64,000 bases of DNA, taken from NCBI RefSeq assembly GCF_004010195.1, contig NC_057755.1:1043306-1107305 (forward strand), written 5' to 3'. Of this stretch, positions 48,960 to 62,280 are shown one piece after another. The notes below the pieces were generated by a model, which saw only the letters and a list, made by a program, of their open reading frames with translations, did not search any database and was not told the DNA's origin. The stretch is from Chiloscyllium plagiosum. Taxonomy: Eukaryota. Within the stretch, counting starts at the first letter, position 1; every line of letters begins with the position of its first letter. The translations under genes were made by a program, and so were the position numbers.

Positions 48960-51900
48960 ATGAGTTATTGCATTGCTTTGGAAATTTGGGGAAAAGAAAG
49001 ATCAAAGCAACATAATTTAAAAATGGAGGGACATGTGTGGGAGAGTTCACAGCTCAGGAGCAGCAAAGTGCATAGTTTGTAAGTGTACTCTTGCTGACTG
49101 TTTTTGTGTACATCGACAATATTAAGTAGTTGTTTATGGCTATAGGTTTTATTGAGATCTGTCTCTTCATTAAAAAATATAAATATAAAGCACAGGCACT
49201 GTGTTAGCCTTGAGCTGTGTCTTTTAAACCAGTAAGACTATGGTATTTTCTGGGCCTGTAGATTTTCAAGATGTAAAATCCGCATTTAGTAGAGTTATGT
49301 GCACTTCCTGTCGGATGGGGGAGATTTGGGAGAGTTTCCATGTTATTGATGATTCTGTCTCCAGTAAATATGTTTGGTTGTGAATTCTATCAGATCGCAT
49401 GGATCGGCTGGAACCGTAGTTGGAGAAAATTAGGAACTTTCAGGAGCTCGGGAGTCTGATAGATGGCAGCTACAGGAAAAGAGAACAAAAGCAGACACCA
49501 TCAGGTAAATGGGTTATCTTAAGGAAAGGCGGGAGAGGGAAGTGTGTAGTGCAGGATTCTCCTGTGGCTACACCCACCTCAAACAGGTATGCTGTTTTGG
49601 AAAATGTAGTGGGTGATAGATTCTGAGGGGAATGTAGCACGAACAGCCAAGCTTTTGGGACCAAGACAGGCTATAATTTAATGAGGGTGACGTCAGATTA
49701 CAAGCGATCAATTGTGAAAGTGGATTCTCTTGTCAGTGGCACAGACAGATGTTTCTGCAGCCAAGAGCGCTTATTGTTGCTCGGTGCCAGGATCAAGGAT
49801 ATCTTGGAGAACGTGCAAATTATTTTGAAAAGGACGTGAGACCAGCAGGAGGTGATTGTGCACATTGAAACTAACAACATAGGAAGGAAAAAGAATGAGA
49901 TTCTGAAGGGAGAATATCAGAAGTTAGGCAGGAATTTAAAAGGAGGTCCTTGAGGGTCGTTGTATCTGGATTTTCCTTGTTGCCAAGAGCTAGTGAGTCC
50001 TGGAATAGGAGCATAGAGCAGATGAATGCGTGGATGAGGAGCTGGTGCAGGGTCGATGGCTTCACATTTTTGGATCATTGGAAAATTTCTTAGTGGAGAT
50101 GTGACCTGAATAACGAGGGCAGGTTGCACCTGAATTTTAAGAACACTTATTTACTGGCAGGGAAATTTGCTCGAGATGTTCAGGAATATTGGAACTAGTA
50201 AAGTTGGAGTGGGGGGTACAGGGATGGTGAGGGTCTGGTTGCTAGTATGTGTGGCCAGCGAGATAGTGAGGAAAGAAATCCGTCTGAGACTGATACGGTT
50301 GTGAAAAGGAGTACGTCCAAACATCAGGGCAGACAGGTTGAAAGCAGAGAATGAGGCAGGACTGACTAACTAAACGATATTTATTTCGACACAAGATGCC
50401 TAACAGGGAAGGCAGGTCATCTGAGGGCATCGTTATAAACATGGGATTGTGGTGTTATCGCAATAACACATATGTGGTTTAGTGACAGACAGGACTGGCA
50501 GCTTAAAGTTGCAGGACAGAAACGGTGTAGGAAATAAATATAGAGGGACAAGGGAAGAGGGAAGTTGCTTTTTGATAAGGGTTAAAATGATGAATGGAAT
50601 TAGGGACGATATTCCTGGGAATACATCCAGGAATTGAGAATTAAAAATGCGCTGATTACTTTATTGGGATTGTACTGGAGAGTCTCCACTAATCAGTGGG
50701 AAATTGAGAAAAAATGTGTAAGGGGATCTCAGTTATTTGTCAGGATAATAGTGTGATGAGTGTCGGGGATTTTTATTTTCCTAATATAGACTGGAACCGC
50801 CAGATTTTTAAGGGTTGGCATTGAGAGGAATTTGTTAAGTGCGTGTCTCAACATTTTCTATTTCAGCATGTGAACATAACTACTGGAGAACCTGCAAAAC
50901 CTGAACTTCTCTTGTCAATGTAGTTTACTCAGTCACATTAGGGTGATTTAAACAATCATTTGAAGAGAACATGGATGATGATAGGACAGTGTAGGGGGAC
51001 GAGCTGAGAACAGTTCACGGATCAGAGCAACATCGATGGCTGAAGGTTCTGTTCTGCGCTGTATTGTTCTGTGTTCTATGTACTAAATAAGGCAGGTCAG
51101 GTGACTGAGGTGTAGTTGGGGGAAAACTTTGGGACCTGAGACTTGAATTCTATTCGTTTAAAATAGAGATGGCAAAGGATGGTACGGATCTAAACATTAA
51201 ACTGCTAAATTACAGAATGGACGTTAGGCAAGGTCTTTCCAAACTTGATTGGGGGTGGGTGTTCTCAGGTAAGGAGACAGCTGGAAAATGGGAAGCCTTC
51301 AGAAATGAGAAAATGAGATTCCAGAAAGAGTATGTTCTTGTTGCGCTGAAAGGCAAGTCTGGGAGTTCTAGGTTTTGGTTAAGAAAAAGAAGGAAGCATC
51401 CGTCAAGTATAAACAGCAGAGATCGAGTGAATTCTGAGGAGAGTGTACAGGCAGTAGGAGTATACTTAAGAGGAAAATCAAGAGGGCAAAAAAGAGACAT
51501 AAGGCAGTTTTAGCAAAAAACGGTGATGGAGAATCCAAGGGGATTTCATAAATACATCAGGACGAAATTGTACCTAAGGAGAGAAGAAGACCCCTCAAAG
51601 ATCAGCAAGCCAGCCTGTGTGTGGAACTGCTGAAGATGCCGAGAATTATGTATCATTATTTACTATGGAAAAAGACCTGGAATATATAGAATGTGGGGAA
51701 GCATATGGTAACATCTTGAAAAATGTCTATATTACAGAGCAAGATGTGTTGGCTTTTAAATAATGCATCAAGTGTGATAAATCTCCAGAATCTGATCTGT
51801 GCGAAGCTAGGGACGTGATTGCTGGACCCTTGCTGAGATACTTCGATAACTAATCGCCACAGATGAGGTGTCAGAAGACGGGAGGTTGTCTCATGTGTGC

Positions 51901-53315
51901 CGCTATTTAAGAAAGGTGGTAAGGAAAACTCCGCGAACTATAGACAGGTGAGCCTGACATTGATGGTGGGTGAGTTCTTGGAGGGAGATCCTGATCGACA
52001 GGATTTACATGTACCCTCTATTTGGATAGGCAAGTACTAATTAATGGTTGTCAACATGGCTTTGCATGTGGCAAATATGTCTAACGAACTTTATTAAGCT
52101 TTTTAAAGAAGTAACGAAGAGGATTGATGAGGTCAGAGTGGTGGATGTGATCTCAATAGACTTCAGCAAGGAGTTTGACAAGGTTCCTCATGGTAGACTG
52201 TCAGCATGATTATACCACATGCAATAGAGGGAGAACTAGCTATTTGGACGCAGAACCTTCTCGAAAATAGAATACAGACTGTGGTCAGAGAGGTTGCTAT
52301 TCAGACTGGAGGCCTGTGACCAGTGGTGTCTTACGAAAATGGGTGCTTAATCGCTTAGTTGTGTCGTTTATGTAAATGATTTCGATGTGAATATGGGAGG
52401 TATGGTTACTAAGTTTGCAAATGTCACTAAAATTGGAAGGGTAGCAGATAGCGAAGAAAGTTACCTCAGTGTACAACGGGATATTGATCAGATAGGCTAA
52501 TGGGCCGAGGATTTGCAAATGGAGTTTAATTTGGATAAATGGGAGAATCTGCATTTTGGAACGGCAAATCAGGGCATGTCCTGTACACTTAATGGCAAGA
52601 TCCTCGAGAGTGTTACTGAACAAAGAGACTTTGGAGTGCAATTTTATAGTTCCTTGAAAGTGGAGTCTTAGGTAGATAGGATAGTGAAGAAGGTGCTCGT
52701 TATGTTCTCTATTATTGTTCAGAGCATTGATTATAGGAGTTGTGTTGTCATGTTGTGGCCAGACAGTGCAATGGTTAGTCCACTTTTTGAAAATGTGTGT
52801 GCAATTCTGGTCTTCCCCCTGTTAGAAGGTTGGTGTGAAACATGAAAGGCTTCATAAGAAATTTAGATGAATGTTGCCAGGTTAGAAAGATTGAGTGACA
52901 GGGAAAGGCAGAATAGGCTGGCTTTGTTTCCAATGGAGCGCTGGAGACTGAGGGGTAATCTTATAGAAGTTTGTAAAATCAAGAGGCGTATGAAAAGGAT
53001 ATATAGACAAACACGTTTTCCTCAGGGGTGGAGGAGTCCATAGGTAGAGAGCATAGGTTCAGGGTCAGAAGAGGTAAAATGTACCGAATGGAAAACCTTT
53101 CTCATCAAAGTGTAGTCCACGTTTAGAATGAACTGCCAGAGGAATTGGTGGAGACTGGTAAAATTGCAACATTTCAACATTAAGTTGAGTAAATTATGGG
53201 AAAGGTTTAGAGAGGTATGGGGAACAAATGGGACGATGTTGTTATAGAATATCTGGTCAACCATGACGATTTGGACCAATGGGTCTGTTTCATTGTTCTA
53301 CGCTTCTTTGACTCT
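48960..53315 (+). mobile_element. Near full-length old CR1 in intron 1 of GPCR copy D
   Basis: Colinear with 14480-18060; CTSCRM at about 49300; retains an endonuclease segment deleted in copy B; small CR1 3'-end insertion at about 50918-51081. Confidence 0.85.
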
Positions 53316-54024
53316 AACTACGCCCAGCATGCTAACAGCAGTCAAACAAATATTTCATCGTAGATGAATACCAACACTATGAATCTCAATTCCATTTTGG
53401 AAATCAATCCCCATCTTATGTTTTCAATGGTAAGGCCTGGTGCGAGAAAACTGAGTTGATATTTTGAATTCCTTGAGAAATGTTCAGAGGAAGATGTTCT
53501 GATGAAGAATAATTGCATTAACTCTAATTGTCTCTCCACAGATGCTGCCACAGCTGGTGAGTTTCACCAGCTATTTCTGTTTTATTTTCATATTTCTAGT
53601 ATCCATAGCTCTTTTCTTTATTTTATAGAAATGTTTCACTTCCCAACCTACTTCCCAGAAGTAATTCTTAGAATTGTGGAATCTGACAGTACTGAAGAGG
53701 TCCGTCAGTCCATCAAGCTTGTGCTATTACGGTTAGACTATATCTCGTCTCGTCGCAGGTATCTGCCAAAGTTTGTGACGTTTCCAACCTCAACAACTCT
53801 CCCAAGCACTGAATTATTAGAACCCACACCACTATCTGGGTGAAAGTCTTTTTCTCAAATGTCTCCAAACCTTTTATGATTCACCTTAAAAAATTAAGAC
53901 CTTTTGCCATCTGTCAATTCCCTGTTCAAGTTAGATATGAAGATCTTCCATTGCTGTCTGGGCAGACATAGAATATGTTTGATCAATGACTTCCGATTCG
54001 TATCATACATTCGGTCTCTTTCAG

Positions 54025-54641
54025 TTAATTTCCTGCTGATTTTGGTTCTCTCATGAGGAAAGTGTGGCCTCTCGTTCTGCACACAGGCTGCCTGTTGGCT
54101 ATGGCAATGTCGGATCTACTGTTCATTCTCACCAAGATCATGCTGTGGCGATGGAATGCACTTTACTGCAAAGGTTGTTTACTCACCATCACCCCTGTGT
54201 GCAGAATTATCTTTGTCCTGATCCGTGTTGCCACAGACTGTTCCGTCTGGTTCACTGTCCTTTTCTCCTTTGATCGTTTTGTGACCATTTGCTGCCTGAA
54301 AATGAAGAGAAAATATTGGACAGAAAAAGCCTAACCTGAGGGGTCAGAGGAAGGGAAACAGTCACAAAGACACAGATATGGAGCGCCGGAGGAAGTCAGT
54401 CATTTCCCTCCTCGCCATATCCATCAGCCTCAAAATTCTGTGAGTAGTACACGGTGCAAACATCCTCTACTTTCGCAATGAATAGGTACATCGTTAGTGG
54501 AACTGGCGTCTGACCAAGTTCACGTGGTCTGGAGAAATGCTGACGGATTTTAGTTTCAGCACGAACACATTATTTTATGCAGCGACTCTGCCCAAGTTCA
54601 GAATGAATTTCAGGAATGCGGTTCAGCAACTGGTCACATAG
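54025..54641 (+). pseudogene. GPR139-like GPCR pseudogene copy D, exon 2
   Basis: Intact acceptor at 54024; TGA at 54054-54056 (R codon in copy B); ~260-bp deletion at about 54335 removes TM4-TM5; further stops; DRF motif retained. Confidence 0.93.
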
Positions 54642-55004
54642 AGTCTTCATTTATGATGGAAAGAGGTTGGAGGAATGATTCTAAATGATGGACTGGCTGT
54701 GAGTGATGTGTTCACTTGGAATATTTGGTCCTCACGGACTGTCCTTTGGATGAGTGTTAAAGGCCAGCAGGAGGGGGGTCACTGCATTTCCCCAGCAGTG
54801 TGTGGGGAGGAGAAGGGACAGAAACAGTCCCTCCTGCACCATGAGAATTGACAGACTCTCTCTGTTCAGCTCGCAATAAACACTTTATTACAGCAAGGAA
54901 AGGCTCCGGGTGCTGGTGATCCCCTCATCTGAATTGGCTATTGGAGTTGCACACTGAAAGAGATAATTGAGTCCACTTTCAGTCGATACTCTTCACAAGG
55001 ATAT

Positions 55005-56293
55005 TGCTTTCTCTCTCTCTGCCTCTTTCTGTCTCTCTTGTTCCTCTCCTCCTCTCTCGCACTATCCCCATCTCTCAGCTTCTTACTCAGTTTCTCTCTA
55101 TCTCTCTGCTTGTCTCACTCTATGTGACTCTGCCTATCTGTATCGTTTTCCCTCTCTCTGCCTGTTTGTCTGTCTGTCTCTCTGTCAGTCTCTGTGCCTA
55201 TCCTTCTTTGTCTCTCTTTCCCTCTCTCTCCCTCGCACTCTCTGTGTATTTTCCTCACATTGACCAGTCAGACACAGATACAGCTAGCAATCCTATGACA
55301 CATTACTGTTAGTAAGTCTGCTGAACTTTGATCCTTTCCATTTCCTCTTCCTGTGGCTGGGAGGGAGGCGTTTCCCGTTCAGTGTGTGAGGGTCTCTTTG
55401 TGTCTCTATGTTGTTGGGGGGGTAATTAATTGCCTTTGTTGGGATCGCACACTGTGTGTGTGTCTTTCGGTTTTGGTCGTCACTGAGTGTGTCACATTAT
55501 GACTCTGCTTATGCATCTGTGTGTGTTTCACTTTGCGTGTATTGCAAAGTATTGTATGTGACTTCAAATTCATGTGTTTATGTGTTTGGGTATGTTATTC
55601 AGTCTGTATGAGAGTGTTTCTGTGAAGGTGAGTGTTTTATGTGGGTGTATGTTACTGTGCCTGTGTGATTGTGTATCTGTGTGAGTTTTGGACATGCACA
55701 TCTGTTGTGTTGTGTCTGTGTGTGGGGTTACAGTCCTAAGACTGTCAGGTTGTGGATGTGTGAGAGTGTGTGTGGGTGTTGCTGTCAGCATTTCATGATA
55801 ATTCTGTGACTCCATGTGGGTGCGCCATTGAGTGTCCGTGTATTATTGTGGGAGTGCGGTGTGTGTCTTTGCCTGGATATGCTTGTGTTTAAGCAGGTGA
55901 ATGTGTTGTTCAGATTATGTTAGGCTATCTGTCCATGTGTTCCGATCTTTCTGTGTCCCCATCAGGATCTCTCTATGCCTCTCTGTGAGTTTGTCTTTAT
56001 TTGTCCCTGAGTGTCGCTCTCTGTCGATATCTCATTGTGTTATCTTTCAGTAACTGCGTTTTAATGTGTGCATGTGTATGTTTCAGAAGTTTCTGTCAGT
56101 TTTTGCAGGTTGGTGTGCGATGTCTCTTACTCTGAGATCTTTTATATATATGTGTAGGGGTGTGGCTGTGATACTGTGTCTGTGTGGGGATGTGTTGCTA
56201 TATCTCGGTATAAATGTATTTCTGTGTGTACAGATATGTGTGCATTTGGTATGCACGTGGGAGTGTTCCTTCCCCTGTCAGTATGTCTGCACG

Positions 56294-56348
<55 letters not shown>

Positions 56349-56765
56349 TTGTTCCTCTCTTTCAGTATGACTGTATTTCTGTGTCTGTGGATGTGTGTGC
56401 ATTCTGTCCGTACCTATGCGTGTTCCTTTGTGTCACATCATGTCTGTTTTTCTGACTGTCTCTGAGCACATGGACATCTGTGAGGGGTGTATCCCCTTCT
56501 GTATTCCTGCATGTGTTATGAGGGTGTGGTAATGTTAATGTATCTTCGTTAGGTGTGTTCTCACATTTCAATTTGACTGTTATTGTGCGAATGTGCATGT
56601 GGGTGAGTTGCAAGTGTGTGTGTTTTTTTTATCAGTATCTTCCTATATCTTACTTTGACTGTATTTTTGTGTGTGGGTATGTTTTTTGTGCATGTGTATG
56701 TGATGATGATGATGTGGGTGGGTTTTTGTGCCCCTATGGATGTGGTTCTGTCTTTGTCTGATCAT
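55005..56765. repeat. CT-rich then GT-rich low-complexity region including a (GT)n microsatellite at about 56293-56344
   Basis: Read directly; paralog of 20000-21350. Confidence 0.9.
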
Positions 56766-56959
56766 GAGACTCCCTCTCCTGAAAAAGGACAAGTGAACCC
56801 TACAGTAGGTCATGGTGCACATATGGCTCGCAATGGCATATTTATGGCAACCTGGGAAATGTCTAAATATCAGTATCGGTACCTCCTACACCCTGAGATA
56901 TGAACTGTTACTTCAGTTCAAGGACCTAAGTTTAATGGATGAATTAAGACAGTGTGTAA

Positions 56960-57248
56960 AGTGGTTAGCACTGACGCCTCACAATGCCAGAGACCCGGGT
57001 TCAATTCCCACCTCAGGCGACTGTCTGTGTGGAGTTTACACATTCCCCCTGTATCTGCGTGGGTTTCCTCCCACAGTCCAAAAGAAAAATATGCAGTTTA
57101 GCCGAATTGGCCATGCTAAATTGCCCGTAGTGTTAAGTGAAAGGTTAAATGTAAGGGAATGGGTCTGTTGGGTTGCTCTTCGGAGAGTCAGTGTGGACTT
57201 GTTGGCCCAAGCGCCTTTTTCCACACTGTAGGGAATCTAATCTGATCT
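56960..57248 (+). mobile_element. HE1-type V-SINE, slightly 5'-truncated
   Basis: B box GGTTCAATTCC at about 56998; V-domain with a short deletion; aatctaatctgatc tail; site empty in paralogs (about 6695 and 21540). Confidence 0.9.
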
Positions 57249-58314
57249 AATATTCAGAGAAAGGCAGGATGCCAGTTCTTTTGTCCATTTTTGAACCAAG
57301 GATACAATTTATAAATATTGTTTTCTTGCTGAAGGTGTTTGTGTTCCACTATAAATAATGTTACAAATTGGATCATTAGGATATACAATGCAGGACCGGA
57401 ATTAGTGCATTCATCCCATCGAGTCAGCTCTGCCATTTGATCATGGAGGATCTATTTTTCAATTCTATTCTTCTGCCTTCTCCCCATAAGTTTTGATTCT
57501 GTTCACAATCAGGAACACATATACGTCTATTTTTAATACGTTTGTAAAGGACCAGATTAGACCCTCTCATAACATGTCAGGATGGTAGCCCAGACCCATA
57601 CTTTTCTATTTGCTTTGAGCAGGTTTAGTGTGAAAACTCCACGAGTGATGGAACTGATCAGCATGCCTCGGTTTTAAATAAACAGGATATATTTACTGAT
57701 TACTGAAGAGAACATAAACAAAAGAGAACATAAGACAGAGTATATTAACCTAATTGAAAACTATTAATGATATCTCCAAATTCCTGCAACAGTCCTCCTT
57801 AGCACCCCATGGCGAAGCAGGCAAAATCAAACACAGGGATTTACAGGAGAGATGTCAGGGAGAGATTCAGCATGAATCAACTTCTTCCCTGTAGCTGTTC
57901 CTTTTACCAGCAATCTAAAAAAACTGACTGCTTGGTAACACCCAAACCAAACCAAACTAAACCAGACAAGAGAAAAGGTAAGTTGTGAGAATTCACCACT
58001 CCATTCTCATTATTTTATTTTACTCTAAAAAGCATTTTACTGAGGCAGTGTCTGTAAGGTATCATGAAATTGGCCCGACAACACGTCCAAACTAGAAACC
58101 CCAGCACATTTGCATTTGCAAACACTAAAAAAACCCACCACGATAACACAACCTTTTTAAAGGAACAGCATCATCACACATTCAATATCCTGATCTCCAC
58201 AGCCATCTGCGGCAATGATTTCCATCGATTGGCTGAAGAAATTCATACTCAACTCAGTTTGAAGGGTGTTCACTTCACTCTGAGGCTGTACCCTCAGTTC
58301 CTAGCCTCTCGTTC

Positions 58315-59100
58315 ATGTCGAAAGAGCTTACAAGCAGAAGCTGAAATGGGAGGACTCTTCACAAAAGGAAGGTCAACGGTGATCTGATGTTGTGAAAGAA
58401 AATCTCTGGGACTGCTTGGAATTCGCGGATTGGACATGATCAGATACTCAGCAGAAAACCTGTATGAGTAACCACCACCATCACGGACATCATTAACAAA
58501 TTATGGAATACTGTATTAAAGACGTTAATTTGAGTGCTCCCCAAGCGTAAACCATCGGTGAACCACGATATCCACTCCACACTGAAGACCAGAGAACAAC
58601 ATTCAAGTGGGAAGAGCCAGACCTAGACAGGGAATGCAGACCTAACCTCGACACGCCGATCAGGGATGCTGAGAGAGTACTATACCACATGAGAGACCCA
58701 TACCTCTCAAAGGGATTCTTGCCACCTGTGGCAAGGACTAAATAACATTACAGGATGCAAAATGCAGCAGAGCACGATAGCAGACAAAGACAGGTCACTC
58801 TCTGAGGCATTCAATGCTTTCACTGCTCGGCTTGAGCAGAATGCGAGTGGCGCAGTGATGCATGGCCCAACAACCCCAGACATATCTGTTCCCTCGTTCA
58901 CCACTGCAAATGTCAGGACTGTCTTGCTGAGGGTCAACACAAGGAATGCGATGGGCCTGAATGGATTCCCTGGCCGTGCACTTTGATCCTGTAAGGACCA
59001 ACTGGTGGAGATATTCACCATCTCCATCGAGTAAGGTGAAGGCCTCATATTCTTCAAGAAGACCACCATCATCCCCGTACCCAAGAAAGCACGTACGATG
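58315..59100 (+). mobile_element. Rex1/Babar LINE fragment (paralog of 22610-23405)
   Basis: SLSEAFNAFTARLEQ...RVNTRNAMGLNGFPGRAL. Confidence 0.8.
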
Positions 59101-59489
59101 TGCCAACTGGTCTTCCCACCTATTTTTGTGTTATCTACGAATTTGGCAAAAAGACACTCACTTTCTTTCTGCAAGTCATTTATATTCGTATTATTTCATG
59201 TTTTAGGTGTATAATATACATTATGAATTGGTAAGTGTTGGAGCTGTTTGAGTCACACAAATACTTTTGTGCATCGGAGCTGATTGTGTTTATGTTATTT
59301 GTATTATGTTAATAAAACGTGCTTCGAGCTTTGAACTGGGAACTGTTAGCTGAGAATATCTTGTGGCCTTTGAGACAGCTTGTGATAAAAGAAACAGACC
59401 AAACAACCTTTCTTTGTTTGTGAAGCCAGGCCTTGGGAAAAATTCTCGGATGAGTCTGGATTAAAGGGATTTCTACTGACAGAGCAACC

Positions 59490-60165
59490 ACCGGGAGGAA
59501 CGTCCTGAGAATCAGCAAATCCTTTTATGCCAGTCCATATGACACGAACTGCACAGACAGTACGGCTTCCCAGTAGTTCCTCTCTTCTACCACGGAGGTG
59601 TTAGATGATAGCAGACAAGAGAATCTGTATCAGCAGTTACCTCTGGAGGACCTGCCTAAGGCCCTCAAGACCCTAGAAAAGAGTACAATTTTCAAAAGCG
59701 ATGGCTTGCCAGCTGAGTTATTTCCATCTCTCTGGCACTTGATTGGCTGGGACCTGCTGGAAGTTCACAATAGTATACTTCGAACAGGTAGCCTGTGTGA
59801 ATCTAAAAGGAAAGGCATCATCCCTCTCATCTACAATTAGAAGGTGGACAGGGAGGACTGACGACTTGTTTCACTGCTAAATATACTTTACAGACTCCTG
59901 CCTGAGATTATTACCAACTTGGTCAGGTCTGCTGTGGGATCACCCCAACCAAATTTGTGCTGTACTTGGCAGTAATATCCGTGAGAGCTTTCAGCACTTC
60001 AGCGATATAATTGCTTACATTTGGAATAGTGAGTTTGCAACCCTGCCTTATTAGTCTGAACCATGAGAAGGTCTTAGACAGGAAATTGCACACCAACACG
60101 TGGTGTGGAATCTCCAAAATTAGCTTTGGAGACAAGATCTGCAATTGTATCCGACTGCTCTGCAC
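59490..60165 (+). mobile_element. Tx1/L1-clade LINE fragment
   Basis: ORF 59598-59840: LEDLPKALKTLEK...SDGLPAELFPSLWHLIGWDLLEV...RKGIIPLIY. Confidence 0.75.
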
Positions 60166-60532
60166 CAACAGCATTGCCTATCCACTGAGAACATAATCCA
60201 TTTTGCCAATTTATACATTAATTCCTTCTTGTTCTCTTTTTTAGATTGAAAGCTCTGAATTTCAAATGCAATTTCTTCATTCTCCGTCTTAATAAGCAAT
60301 TTGAGCATTTTATGTTTATTCCTCCCAAAAACAATAATGCTGTTACATACTGCTGTCTCATTTCTTGAAAAAAATATAATACATTGCTTTATGCTTGCAA
60401 CTGTGCTCTTGTGTCAATTCAATGCTGCAAGATAAAATAAATTAGCCCTTTCAGCAATATAATTGCTTACATGTGGAATAGTAAGTTTGGAATCCTGCCT
60501 TATCAGTCTTAACTATGAGAAAGCCTTTGTCA

Positions 60533-61385
60533 GGATGCAGATAGACTGGAGAGTTGGGCGGAAAAGGGGCGGATAGTTTTCAATCCACACAAACGTGAGG
60601 TGATGCATTTAGACAAGTCTAATTCTGGAGCAAATTATACAATGAACGAAGAGCCTTGGGAAAAGTTGATGGGCAGAGAGATCTGGGAGTGCAGGTTCAT
60701 TGTACCTTGAAGGTTGTTGCACAGGTGGGTAGAGTGGTCACGAAGGCATATAGTATGCTTGCCTTCATTGGACGGGGTATTGAGTATAAGAGAACGCATG
60801 TCGTGTTAACATTATACAAGACATTGGTTCGGCCGCATTTAGAATAATGTGTACAGTCCTCAACGCCACATTACCAAAAGAATGTGGACGCTTTGGAAAG
60901 GGTGCAGAGAAGGTTTACGAGGATGTTGCCTGGCATGGAAGGTGCTAGCTATGAAGAAAGCTTGAGTAGGTTAGGTTTATTATCATTAGAAAAAAGGAGA
61001 TGGGGGAAACCTGATGGAGGTTTACAAAATCATGAAGAGCATAGACAGAGTGGATAGAGACAAGTTTATTTTTCCAAGGGTGAAGGATTCAATAACGAGA
61101 TGTCATGCTTTCAAGGTGAGAGGTGGAAAGTTGAAGGGAGATACATGCGGCAAGTACTTCACACAGAGGGTTGTGGGCGTTTTGAACGCGTTGCCAGCAG
61201 AGGTGGCAGAGGCAGTCACTGTAGATTTATTTAAGATGCGTTAAAATAAATGCATGAGTAGGTGGGGAGCAGAGGGATACAGATGGATAGGAATTGACCG
61301 ACAGGTTTTGACAGTACATTTGGATTGGCTCAGGCTTGGAGGGCCGATTGGCCTGTTCCTGGGCTTTAAGTTTTCTTTGTTCTTT
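60533..61385 (+). mobile_element. CR1 LINE 3' fragment
   Basis: QRDLGVQVH, LYKTLVRPHLE and MEVYKIMK; CR1 3' end at about 61340-61385; absent from the paralogous block. Confidence 0.92.
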
Positions 61386-62065
61386 CAATGTGCACTGTGG
61401 CTTTAGGCCCTTGAACGGTTGTGAACAGTTCAACATATTGATGTATTGATTGAGTCTGTTTCTGACAAAATAGCTTGCATTTAGTTATAAAGTCAAAATA
61501 AGAAGAGTCAGGTTTCAACTGTAATTTAACGCAAAAGTTATTGAGGATGCCACGAAAATCAACAGGTAACACGCTGGAAATAACTTTGTCCCTAAATCTG
61601 TGAGGCATGGGAGGGAAGTGTTTGATCCTGAAGACTAGGATTCAAAAGCACACCATCATAAGAGATCCAGAATGTGGTTCTGCTGCTTTTCTTTTTCACT
61701 CACATATTGTCTACTTCCCATGGCCAGCTCCATTTCTCTCCTCACTGAGATTGATCCCAGATTCCCAAAACTCTGAAAATTCTGATTAAATATTCCCAAC
61801 AAGAGTCGCATGCCTCCTCAGCTGGCTTGCAATTCCCATCCAATTAAAACAAAACAAACACAATGTATTCAGATCGCTCCAGCCTGAAAAACATTTCCAA
61901 TAATTGAGACGTCCAAAGCCCTTCCACCTAGAACCAGTGTTTCCAACCACATGTTCTTCGGCCTAATAAACACGCAAAGTCACCCATTGATCAACTTTTG
62001 AATTTCTTGACTGATTTGCGAATTTCCCCTTTCACAAAATCAATCCTTTTTCTCCTGGTAATGAT

Positions 62066-62280
62066 TGTCATGAAGTTGGGGAGCTGGATCTGATTGGATA
62101 TGAAATCCCTGATTGGGGCTGTTAATTTGGGCCAGTCAGTGAGACCTGGCTGATTGTTAAAGGTGAATTTCAGGGATATTGAGATGCTGAATACCTAACT
62201 CAGTGACAGGCCACTGTCAACGGCGCTGCATTTGTAAATAAAAGGTGATTAATGGCAGGTCGCCAGACTCTGAAGGATTG
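62066..62280 (+). mobile_element. Probable degenerate solo LTR (paralog of 24480-24700)
   Basis: tgtcatga start, ccctgattggggctgttaa, tgtaaataaaaggtga. Confidence 0.5.
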
